The notes: generated by a model not told the origin, from the sequence alone. DNA of 10,942 nt from Candidatus Iainarchaeum sp. (GCA_038736825.1 JAVYME010000036.1:1-10942); one strand, 5' to 3'; positions 1-7,503 are shown, counted from the stretch's first letter. Numbers and translations: made by a program.

Positions 1-546
1 GCGCCTGGAAAGGCTTTGCGTGCTCCTGCATTCCAGCTTGTCAAGGCAAGAATTCCTTGGCTTTTGATGGGATTGGTGGGAGGCATTATTGCAGCGCAAA
101 TCACTGGTTTTTTTGAAGAGCCTTTAAAAGAATTTTTTGTTTTAGCAGCCTTCATGCCTTTAATAGTTTATATGGCGGACGCAATTGGAACTCAAACTGA
201 AACCCTTTTTGTCAGAAGCCTTGTAATGCAAAGGTTTTCCTTGAAAGAATATTTTTTTAGGGAAGCAAAAGTGGGAGCAATGATTGCTTGCATTCTTGGC
301 GGGTTGCTTTTCATTATTTCTTTATTGCTTTACAATCTGCCAAAAATTGCCTTGATTTTGGCGGTTTCAATGTTTTTCACTGGATTTATTGCAGTGTTTG
401 TTCCAATTTTTATAGTAATTGTGTTGCAAAAAACTGGCAAGGATCCAGCAATGGGTTCAGGGCCTTTTGCAACAGTGGTGCAAGACATAATATCGCTGGC
501 TGCCTATTTTTCGATTGCTGCAATAATGTTAAACGCTTTACCCTAA
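1..546 (+). CDS. mgtE: MgtE-family divalent-cation (Mg2+) transporter, membrane domain; 5' end cut by the window edge
   Basis: Frame 1 is open from nt 1, so the TTG at 16 is only the first start-like codon. The translation ...RIPWLLMGLVGGIIAAQITGFFE...AAFMPLIVYMADAIGTQTETLFVRSL...GKDPAMGSGPFATVVQDIISLAAYFSIA shows the conserved MgtE TM-domain blocks: the PWLL entry helix, the x-GTQ block and DPA-x-x-x-GP-x-x-T-x-x-D. Stop is TAA 544-546. Confidence 0.85.
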   Translation, partial: APGKALRAPAFQLVKARIPWLLMGLVGGIIAAQITGFFEEPLKEFFVLAAFMPLIVYMADAIGTQTETLFVRSLVMQRFSLKEYFFREAKVGAMIACILGGLLFIISLLLYNLPKIALILAVSMFFTGFIAVFVPIFIVIVLQKTGKDPAMGSGPFATVVQDIISLAAYFSIAAIMLNALP

Positions 547-549
547 ACC

Positions 550-557
550 TATAAAAA
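550..557 (+). promoter_or_regulatory. TATA-box-like element (TATAAAAA) upstream of the crtI-family gene
   Basis: TATAAAAA lies in the 33-nt mgtE-crtI spacer. Its centre is about 26-27 nt upstream of ATG 580, and there is no Shine-Dalgarno between them. This is the geometry expected for an archaeal leaderless mRNA. Confidence 0.4.
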
Positions 558-579
558 TGCCTCTTTGCCCAATTTTTAC

Positions 580-2109
580 ATGAAATCCAAAAAAGCAATA
601 ATTGTTGGAGCGGGCCCAGGCGGTTTGGCTTGCGCAATGATTTTAGCCCACAGGGGTTTTTCAGTGACAGTTTACGAGAAAGAGGCAAGAGTGGGTGGAA
701 GGAATGCAGTGCTAAAAATTGGTCCTTACACTTTTGACACTGGCCCGACATTTTTAATGATGAAATTTATAATGGATGAAATGTTTGAAGAGGCTGGAAA
801 AGACTCTTCAAACTACCTCAAGGTGAAAGAGATAGAGCCATTGTATCACCTTGACTATGGAGACATGGAATTGTTTCCTTCAAAAGACATGGAAAAAAAC
901 ATTTTGGAGGCAAAAAAGTTTTTTCCTGGCAGTGAAAAAGGCGTTAAAGAATTCTATGAAAAGGAAAAAAAGCGCTATGAATTGTTGTTTCCATGCCTTC
1001 AAAAGGATTACTCGCATTTTTCTGCTTTTTTTTCAAAGCGCTTCATAAAGGCAATTCCAATTTTAGGCATAAACGAGTCCTTGTTTGATAATTTAAACCA
1101 TTATTTTAAGGATTTAAGGCAAAAAATGGCTTTTGCGTTTCAATCCAAATACCTTGGAATGTCGCCATGGGAGTGCCCTGCAGGTTTTACCATGATTCCT
1201 TACGTGGAAAGAAGATATGGCATATTCCATGTAATGGGCGGCTTGAACGCAATATCTGAGGCAATGGCGAGAGCAGCAAAAGAGGAGGGCGCAAAAATAA
1301 AACTGAAAACCCCAGTAAAGCAAATAATCTTTGAGGGAAGAAAAGCAGTCGGGGTTTTGCTTGAATCAGGCAAAAAGGATTTTGCAGACGAAATAATAAT
1401 AAACGCAGACTTTGGTTATGCTGCCACAAACCTTTTCCCGAAAGGGTTTTTGAAAAAATATTCTCCAGAAAAAATTGCAAAAAAGAAATACTCTTGCTCC
1501 ACTTTCATGATATACTTGGGAGTGGACAAAAAATATTCCTTGCCACACCACAACATTTACTTTTCAAAAGACTATGAAGGCAACGTGAAAGACATATTTG
1601 AAACAAAAAAACTCTCTGAAGAGCCGTCCTTTTACCTTCAAAACCCTTCAGCAATAGATGAATCGCTTGCACCAAAAAACCATTCTGCAATCTATGTGCT
1701 TGTTCCGGTTCCAAACAACACTTCCAAAATAAACTGGGAAAAAGAAAAGAAGGCTTTCAGGAACAAGGTACTAAATTTAGTGGCAAAAAGAACAAAAATA
1801 AAAGACATAGAAAAGCACATAAAGGCTGAACATATTATCACTCCACTTGACTGGGAGAAAAAATACAATGTTTATTATGGTGCCACATTCAATTTAGCCC
1901 ACAATCTTTCCCAAATGCTTTATTTCCGTCCAAGAAACAAGTTTGAGGAAGCTGAAAACTGTTGGCTTGTCGGAGGCGGCACTCATCCTGGAAGCGGTTT
2001 GCCGACAATATACGAGTCTGCAAGAATCACAGCAAACCTTTTATGCAAAAAGCATGGAATCAACTTCAAAGAACCTTCAAGCCTTTCAGAAAAAAGAACA
2101 GGCGGCTGA
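580..2109 (+). CDS. crtI: CrtI-family phytoene desaturase / carotenoid (FAD-dependent) oxidoreductase
   Basis: ATG 580 gives MKSKKAIIVGAGPGGLACAMILAHRGFSVTVYEKEARVGGRN (Rossmann GxGxxG at nt 604-624, followed by E-x5-GGR). It continues with GPYTFDTGPTFLMM and the C-terminal NCWLVGGGTHPGSGLPTIYESARITANLL. These are the three hallmark blocks of CrtI-type enzymes. The ORF-track TTG at 565 adds 5 residues before a canonical N-terminus, so ATG 580 is preferred. Stop is TGA 2107-2109. Subfamily (CrtI, CrtD or CrtN-like) cannot be decided by eye. Confidence 0.85.
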   Translation: MKSKKAIIVGAGPGGLACAMILAHRGFSVTVYEKEARVGGRNAVLKIGPYTFDTGPTFLMMKFIMDEMFEEAGKDSSNYLKVKEIEPLYHLDYGDMELFPSKDMEKNILEAKKFFPGSEKGVKEFYEKEKKRYELLFPCLQKDYSHFSAFFSKRFIKAIPILGINESLFDNLNHYFKDLRQKMAFAFQSKYLGMSPWECPAGFTMIPYVERRYGIFHVMGGLNAISEAMARAAKEEGAKIKLKTPVKQIIFEGRKAVGVLLESGKKDFADEIIINADFGYAATNLFPKGFLKKYSPEKIAKKKYSCSTFMIYLGVDKKYSLPHHNIYFSKDYEGNVKDIFETKKLSEEPSFYLQNPSAIDESLAPKNHSAIYVLVPVPNNTSKINWEKEKKAFRNKVLNLVAKRTKIKDIEKHIKAEHIITPLDWEKKYNVYYGATFNLAHNLSQMLYFRPRNKFEEAENCWLVGGGTHPGSGLPTIYESARITANLLCKKHGINFKEPSSLSEKRTGG

Positions 2110-2114
2110 ACTTT

Positions 2115-3025
2115 TTGCCAAAAAACACGGTTTTGCTCTTGCAATTAATTAAGCTTGGGCGCTTTCAATTTGTTTTTGGGGGCATCCTGTTATACCTCTT
2201 GGGTTGCCTTTTGGCATTGCCTGCAGGCTATGCTTTCAATCCCTTTTTATGGTTTTCTGGCTATCTAGTTTTGTTTCCAGCGCACCTTTCAGTTTCCTAC
2301 AGCAATGACTTTTTTGATTCAATTGGAGACAAGGCTGCCAAGCGAACCATTTTCTCGGGCGGAAGCGGTGTTCTCTTAGAACACCCTGAACTAAGAGAAA
2401 CAGCGAAAAGAATTGCTTTGGCATTAATAGCATTGTCTTTTCTTGCAGGAATTGCTTTCATTTTAGCATTTGATTTCAATCCATTTCTTTTGGTTTTTGT
2501 TTTAATTGGAAATTTTTGTGGCTGGTTTTATAGTGCCCCCCATTGCGCTTTTCTGAAAAAATTTATGGCAACACTGTTTTTGCCCTTACTGCTTGCGTTT
2601 TGCTTCCAAGCTTTGGCAATTTTATTGCTTCCGGTACAATCACGCCAGAAATGCTTGCATTTTCAATTCCACTGCTGTTTTATGGTTACGCTTTCACAAT
2701 TGCAGTTCAAATACCCGATATTATTGTGGACAGAAAAAACAATAAAAAAAATTTTGCACTGGTTTTAGGCGAACAAAAATCCTTTTTTGCAATTTTAGTT
2801 CTTTCAATTTCAGCCTCTCTTTCCTTTATTGCAATTCCCTTCCTTTTCAAAAACATCCCTGACTTCAATTTTTTCTTTTTATTTTCATGGATTCCGCTTG
2901 CAGTTTCTTCCTTCAATCTTTTGGCAAAAAACAAGGCCTCCCTTAAAACAATGGTTTTTGTTTCTTCAATAATGGCTTTTGCAGCAATTTGCAATGCATT
3001 CCTGTTCTGGAAATTTTTTTGGTAA
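2115..3025 (+). pseudogene. UbiA-family aromatic/isoprenoid prenyltransferase, interrupted by a 1-nt frameshift in a C6 run (true pseudogene, homopolymer assembly error, or recoding site)
   Basis: The N-terminal half is in the frame of ORF 1962-2768. It carries TM helices and the first Asp-rich motif NDFFDSIGD (nt 2304-2330). The C-terminal half is in the frame of ORF 2543-3025, with the second Asp-rich motif DIIVD (2717-2731) followed by RKNNKKNFALVLG. The two frames can only be joined at 2534-2542. Adding one C restores ...WFYSAPPLRFS..., the canonical UbiA-fold junction. The repaired length of about 300 aa is typical for the family. The start is uncertain: there is no in-frame ATG after the crtI stop, and TTG 2115 (5 nt after the stop) or TTG 2133/2139 are the candidates. 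Confidence 0.75.
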
Positions 3026-3057
3026 GCAATCTTAAAACTGGAAGAGCACTCAACTTT

Positions 3058-3915
3058 TTATTCTACAATAATCTCTAATTCAAAGGATTGCGCGCTTTTT
3101 GATGCAAAGCCCACGTCAACGTATTGACTGCCGAGTTCTTGCTTCCACTTTTCAGCATATTCAATTGGTGGATCCACAATAATAATTTTGACAGAAAAGT
3201 TCTTTTTTGGAGCATTCTTTTTTGCAAAAACCTCCACAAAAACAGCCCTAGCCCAAGCTTTATCGAATTTTGGAAAGCTTGGGCCTAACAAAAAAACAGG
3301 CTCGCTTATGTTCACTTCAAGGAATTGCTTTGCATTTTCATCAAGAAATTCTGGTTTCAACATCATTCCCTGAAATGATCTTACCCCATAACCTGAATGC
3401 AGAAAAAACACAGTCTTTTTTTTTCCTTCCTGTTGCACAAAAACAGTTTCTTTTATGGGAAAATAGCCATAGCCATAAGCAGCCCAATGCGTTGTAGACG
3501 GCTTTAACCAGTATTCAAGCCCGTTTTGCTTGAAAGAAGGATAGAATTCTGGTTGCAAATAATAATCTTTTGAAAAAAAATCATAATTCGTGTAAAGGTT
3601 TTTGTGCATTAATGAAACAATCCTGTTAAAATCAGGGGGTGGAACAGGCAATTCTTCAAATACTGCTAGCGGAATGCCGTAAGCCTTTCTTTCTTCCATA
3701 AGCCCTTCCGAATTTTGGCTGCTTTCTGGAATTATTGAAGAACTAAAACCAGGAAGCAGGTTGTTGTTGTCGCTTTCAATGCTGGTTTTTTTGAATGAAT
3801 TCAGGTTAAAAACAAAAAAGAAAACAGCCAAAACCGCAACAATAACAATTAAAATCCCAGCAATGGCTTTTTTTTCTGGCTTTTTCTTTTCCATAAAAGC
3901 AAATTTTCCAGCCAA
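3058..3915 (-). CDS. Hypothetical N-terminally membrane-anchored protein with an aromatic-rich extracytoplasmic domain; distal gene of the giant-protein operon
   Basis: TTG 3915 sits 4 nt downstream of GAGGTGA (3920-3926). An alternative ATG lies at 3894. The product has a basic N-terminus (KKKPEKK), one TM helix (AIAGILIVIVAVLAVFFFVF), and then about 235 aa rich in Tyr/Phe/Trp (HWAAYGYGYFP, FFLHSGYGVRSFQGM) with no motif I recognise. Stop is TAA 3058-3060. Confidence 0.75.
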   Translation of the reverse strand: MAGKFAFMEKKKPEKKAIAGILIVIVAVLAVFFFVFNLNSFKKTSIESDNNNLLPGFSSSIIPESSQNSEGLMEERKAYGIPLAVFEELPVPPPDFNRIVSLMHKNLYTNYDFFSKDYYLQPEFYPSFKQNGLEYWLKPSTTHWAAYGYGYFPIKETVFVQQEGKKKTVFFLHSGYGVRSFQGMMLKPEFLDENAKQFLEVNISEPVFLLGPSFPKFDKAWARAVFVEVFAKKNAPKKNFSVKIIIVDPPIEYAEKWKQELGSQYVDVGFASKSAQSFELEIIVE

Positions 3916-3919
3916 AAAA

Positions 3920-3926
3920 TCACCTC
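3920..3926 (-). promoter_or_regulatory. Shine-Dalgarno site GAGGTGA overlapping the stop codon of the giant gene
   Basis: The minus strand reads AGC-TGA-GGTGA-TTTT-TTG. The GA of the TGA stop (3925-3927) plus GGTGA form GAGGTGA, which is complementary to the 16S rRNA 3' end. It is followed by a 4-nt spacer and TTG 3915. This is a classic translational-coupling arrangement. Confidence 0.55.
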
Positions 3927-6900
3927 AGCTTGGACCACTAGTGCTTGTAACATTGCGATCTGTGCTTCCAACACTGGCTCCAATAAAATCTGCAAAAATA
4001 AAAATGTTCAAATCCTTTGAACCAGTGCTATAAACAGCAGTTCCAATGTTTTTTGGAGTAGCATCTATTTCAACACAGTCCACGTCAGTGTTTCCACTGC
4101 ACGAAGAAGCCCAGCCATTGTATGTTTTTGAAACCTTTAACTTGAGAGTGCTTGGAAGGGCTTCATTCAAGTGAAGCGAAAAATTAATATCGTTCCAGCC
4201 AGTGCTTTGATTGTCATAAACAAAAAAAGGAATGCTTGAAGTCTGGCCTTCTGGGTCCACTTTGGTTTGATCTGAAAGCCCTGACAAATCTGTTGGCTCA
4301 AAATAGCCTTTTTCGCAGGCACCACTGCCAGCACTAATTCTGCCTTTTCCTTCAGTGCAACCTGAAGAGGGCAGTGAAAGCGTGAAAGTATAATCCGCTG
4401 GCCCACTTATTGTTATATTTATGTCTGCATTGTTTGCACTAGAATAGTTCACGTCAGCACTCCAATTAGAATCAATTTTTGCTCTAATTGTATAAGTGCC
4501 AGCGGCAGTGCCAGTGACTTGGAAAACAAAATAGTTTGTGTCAGAAACATCGAGCAAATTGTCTCTCCTGAAATAAGTGCCATTTGAAACATAAAGCGGG
4601 CTTGAAGAAGAAGTGTTCATGTCAAACCATTGAGAGCAGCCATTTGAAGGATTAATGCAATACATTAGTACGACATTTGTGTCACCACAGGAATAGTTTT
4701 TGCAAGAGCCAAGCACGCTTACATCAAAAGCAGTGTTTATTGTTTTCTGTGAATTGTTTGCAGGCGAAACAATTCCAGTGTTCAAGTCACCTGCAAGCCT
4801 AATGCTTGCAGGAGCAATGAGGTTGCTGTCCCTTGTTGCTGCAGTATTCCCGTTATAGGAAAGTGTTCCCACAGCAGTGGTTGGGCTCACACCGTAAAAC
4901 GCGACCTCTGCGACTATTTTGTCTCCCCTGGTTAATGTAACAGCACTACCAGCAGCAGTCAAAAGCTTGTATGTGGGGCTTGTACCAATTTCAGTTGCCA
5001 AGGTAGTTGGAACCACAATATTCTGCTGCTTTGAGTCATTTGCATCCCAGACATAAATCGCATACCTTCCCTGCAAGTCGTCGTTAGTTGCACTTTCGTG
5101 AAGATAAGCAGTCATCCTCCAGTTCGCAGCGGAAATAGTCTGCGGCACAAGTGGAGGAGAAGTGAAAGAAGCTAGGCTGATGAAAACATTACTTCCACTA
5201 CTAAGTGATGGTGTTGAAATAGTAGTGGTCGAACTACCAGCTGTGTCAATCATTCCAAGGCCAGTCCAAGTGCTTCCGGCAAGAAAGCTGTCTCCAGAGG
5301 CAGAAGCATTAGGCATTGGCTCACTTGGAGCCCAATCAGCGGCTTGCCTAAAAAAGAAAATTGTTGTCGGGTTTGCGTCCACTGCAATCATCCAAGCCCT
5401 TGTTTCTGCAAAAAAGAAGTTTTTTCCATTTATCTCCAATGGCCCGATATTGTAAAGCCATGGCTTTTTGTCAGGAACTGAATAATAATAGTAAATTTCT
5501 GCAATTCCTTCTTCATTGAATTTAACATTTTTCCATTCAATTATTTTCTCGCTTTCGGTTTCAGAAACAGAAAAGCCTTCGCCTTCAATTTCGAATTCTT
5601 TTGGCACAAACTCTCTAATGTCAGCTGTTTTCTTTCCATCAAATGTTTTCACCTCTATTGCTACTTTGTTGGGTTGAACTGCTGGGTCGATTTTTGTGGC
5701 GGTTCGCCTTAAAACTTCAAAGGGAACAAATTTTTGGACTTCAAAGGTTGTCTTAATTTCAACATCAATATTGGGAGCAATGGCTTTCGCTAGCACTCCA
5801 TGGGTTCCCTCTTCAAAAACTTGCAGTTCGCCAACATAAATTCCACTTGAAGTTGTTTCCTTTATGGTGCCATTTATTGTGGAAATTGTTTGAGTTTGCC
5901 CGCTTGGAGTCAAAACTGCAAGGTTGACTTCTGCCCCCTGCACTCCATAGCTTTCCCTGTCGAGCACGACAACATGGAATTCAACTGTTTCACCCGGCTT
6001 ATATGTGCTTTTGACTGTATTTACTGCAATCAAGCCCCATTCAAAGGAATCCGATTGCTCTATAAACTCATTTCCGTCAAAAGCTTTAATTCTCAAAGTA
6101 TAAGTGCCAGCCTTAAAGCTTCGCAATACTGGCACGGTTATAAGGAAAACCCCTTCCTCTTTTCTTTTTATTTTTTCTGTGCTAATCGGTTTTTCTGTTC
6201 CATCCGGCATTACAAGAAATGCTTCTATTTCACTGTCAACTTTTTCGTTCAATTCGCTTGTTATTTGGAGTTCAAAGACAGGCATTTCGTTTGCCAAAAA
6301 TTTGGAGCGAGCTTTGGAGAGTGCAAAAAACTTTTTTCCAGATTTTTTTATTTTTAGCTCTGGCTCGTCCTTGTTAAAATCCTCTATATTGAAATCTGGT
6401 GGCAGTTCTGGCAAAACAATGCGCTTGGCAAAAGCAAAGGCTCTTGCACCGTTTTCCAAGGAAAGCAATGCAGTGGCGCCACTTATTTCAGAGGCTTTTT
6501 CAAAAAGCGAATTGCATTTTTTTCCAGCAAAATCCCAGTTATTGCATAAAAAAACAGTGTCAGCTTCACCAGGCACTGCGAACGAAATAAGCCCTTGTTC
6601 AAAAGAAAAACCGGGCTTTTCTGCCACAATGTTTTCAAAATAAAAGTTTTTGTCAGGACTGGGCACAGAATTTTCATCTATTTCTTCATCTATTTCAAAC
6701 AATGTTGTGTTTGAGTCAATTTTTGCTCCGTCAATTTCAATTTTTGAAAAAACAGAATCAAAAAAAGAAATTTTCAAGGCATAAGAGCCAAGCGCTATTT
6801 CAATCAATTCAGTGCCAGAGGCAACAGGGTTCTCGTTGGAATCATAAAATGTTGCTGCTGAAAAAAAATTGGATGGCTTTACAAAAACAGTTTTTTGCAT

Positions 6901-7503
6901 TGGTTCAATTGGCTTTGCAGTGCCAGGCGCCAAAGATGGAGTTGGGAAAGGGGTTTCCCCTGAATGGCTTGGGCTTATTGCTGGCGTTTCAAGGAGTGTA
7001 TCCTGTGCTTGAGTTGGAATTGCAGTCTGAATTGGGGTTTCCGGAAGAGTTGTGTCAGGCTGAAGAGGGCTTGCAGTTGGGATTTCCTCGGGCTTTTCTT
7101 CCAAGGGATTGATTATTTCTATATTGGCTTTCTTGGATTGGCAGTTTTCTTCGATGCAGGCAGTAATTGAAAAGGAATGCACTCCATTTTCAAATTGTAA
7201 AGAATTAAAATCTGATGAAAAATTGTTTTCAATTGAAAGACTGCCAAGCCTTTGCCCGTCCACTTCAAACCAAGCGCTTGTAATTTGTTCCCTTGGCTCT
7301 ATAACTGCAATAACTATTGCACTGCCTTTCACTTTTTGTGATTCCATTGGCGAAACTATTGAAACAAATAATGTTTCTTGTTGAGTTTTTGCGGTTTCTT
7401 TTAAGATTTCATCTTCTTGAAAGAACGCGGGGGAAAGAAAAAAAGTTGTTGGAATAATAAAAACCAAGCAAAGCCAGAAAAAAAAGCCACTTTCTTTCAG
7501 CAT
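3925..7503 (-). CDS. Giant (~1190 aa) secreted surface protein: mosaic of Ig-like/beta-sandwich domains with a Pro/Thr linker and a Cys- and N-glycosylation-sequon-rich C-terminal third; no C-terminal membrane anchor
   Basis: The ORF is uninterrupted from 3925 to 7515. ATG 7503 (MLKESGFFFWLCLVFIIPTTFFLSPAFF...) is preferred over the TTGs at 7515/7512. After the hydrophobic N-terminal signal comes an Ig-like domain (VSIVSP...GSAIVIAVIEP...AWFEVDGQRLG...NGVHSFSITA). A Pro/Thr/Glu linker with ETP repeats follows (nt ~6898-7107). Beta-sandwich modules follow, each with the pattern x-P-[DS]-G-x...G-x-Y (e.g. YKPGETVEFHVVVLD...VLTPSGQ...SGIYVGEL, nt ~5746-6033). The C-terminal ~290 aa (3928-4803) contain many Cys and, by my manual count, at least 12 N-x-S/T sequons in the last ~460 aa. 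The protein ends ...DRNVTSTSGPS with no TM segment. Stop is TGA 3925-3927. Confidence 0.85.
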   Translation of the reverse strand: MLKESGFFFWLCLVFIIPTTFFLSPAFFQEDEILKETAKTQQETLFVSIVSPMESQKVKGSAIVIAVIEPREQITSAWFEVDGQRLGSLSIENNFSSDFNSLQFENGVHSFSITACIEENCQSKKANIEIINPLEEKPEEIPTASPLQPDTTLPETPIQTAIPTQAQDTLLETPAISPSHSGETPFPTPSLAPGTAKPIEPMQKTVFVKPSNFFSAATFYDSNENPVASGTELIEIALGSYALKISFFDSVFSKIEIDGAKIDSNTTLFEIDEEIDENSVPSPDKNFYFENIVAEKPGFSFEQGLISFAVPGEADTVFLCNNWDFAGKKCNSLFEKASEISGATALLSLENGARAFAFAKRIVLPELPPDFNIEDFNKDEPELKIKKSGKKFFALSKARSKFLANEMPVFELQITSELNEKVDSEIEAFLVMPDGTEKPISTEKIKRKEEGVFLITVPVLRSFKAGTYTLRIKAFDGNEFIEQSDSFEWGLIAVNTVKSTYKPGETVEFHVVVLDRESYGVQGAEVNLAVLTPSGQTQTISTINGTIKETTSSGIYVGELQVFEEGTHGVLAKAIAPNIDVEIKTTFEVQKFVPFEVLRRTATKIDPAVQPNKVAIEVKTFDGKKTADIREFVPKEFEIEGEGFSVSETESEKIIEWKNVKFNEEGIAEIYYYYSVPDKKPWLYNIGPLEINGKNFFFAETRAWMIAVDANPTTIFFFRQAADWAPSEPMPNASASGDSFLAGSTWTGLGMIDTAGSSTTTISTPSLSSGSNVFISLASFTSPPLVPQTISAANWRMTAYLHESATNDDLQGRYAIYVWDANDSKQQNIVVPTTLATEIGTSPTYKLLTAAGSAVTLTRGDKIVAEVAFYGVSPTTAVGTLSYNGNTAATRDSNLIAPASIRLAGDLNTGIVSPANNSQKTINTAFDVSVLGSCKNYSCGDTNVVLMYCINPSNGCSQWFDMNTSSSSPLYVSNGTYFRRDNLLDVSDTNYFVFQVTGTAAGTYTIRAKIDSNWSADVNYSSANNADINITISGPADYTFTLSLPSSGCTEGKGRISAGSGACEKGYFEPTDLSGLSDQTKVDPEGQTSSIPFFVYDNQSTGWNDINFSLHLNEALPSTLKLKVSKTYNGWASSCSGNTDVDCVEIDATPKNIGTAVYSTGSKDLNIFIFADFIGASVGSTDRNVTSTSGPS

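Noticed and set aside
288-751. ORFs 288-554 (+, alternative frame in mgtE) and 410-751 (-, spanning the mgtE/crtI junction)
   Set aside because: They are embedded in or antisense to two genes with unmistakable family signatures. Their translations are Cys/Phe/Leu-rich with no recognisable features.
1962-2114. 5' extension of the UbiA-frame ORF (MACRRRHSSWKRFADNIRVCKNH...) overlapping the last 148 nt of the crtI-family gene
   Set aside because: The overlapping part is Arg/Cys/Lys-rich nonsense, whereas the crtI frame encodes the conserved C-terminal FAD block in the same nucleotides. The UbiA-like sequence only begins around 2115-2140.
5746-6033. Calling the giant protein an alpha-2-macroglobulin because of MG-like modules (YKPGETVEFHVVVLD...)
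   Set aside because: There is no thioester motif (CGEQ/CxEQ) anywhere in the ORF, and no bait-region or receptor-binding-domain-like architecture. Only a generic beta-sandwich resemblance remains.
5162-7384. Seven plus-strand ORFs of 63-179 aa (5162-5455, 5890-6357, 6104-6643, 6399-6590, 6702-7112, 6964-7170, 7109-7384) antisense to the giant gene
   Set aside because: All lie wholly inside a 3.6-kb ORF whose product has clear domain-like structure. Their translations are low-complexity (Phe/Ser/Lys/Cys/Gln-rich), overlap one another in different frames, and have no start context. They are typical shadow ORFs of an AT-rich gene.
7414-7503. Class III (prepilin/archaellin-type) signal peptide at the giant protein N-terminus (MLKESG/FFFWLCLVFII...)
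   Set aside because: The prepilin-peptidase site needs K/R at -2 and G/A at -1. Here the residues are S-G, with Lys at -4. The hydrophobic stretch is followed by an ordinary AFF/QED-type transition, so a Sec signal or signal anchor is the simpler reading.
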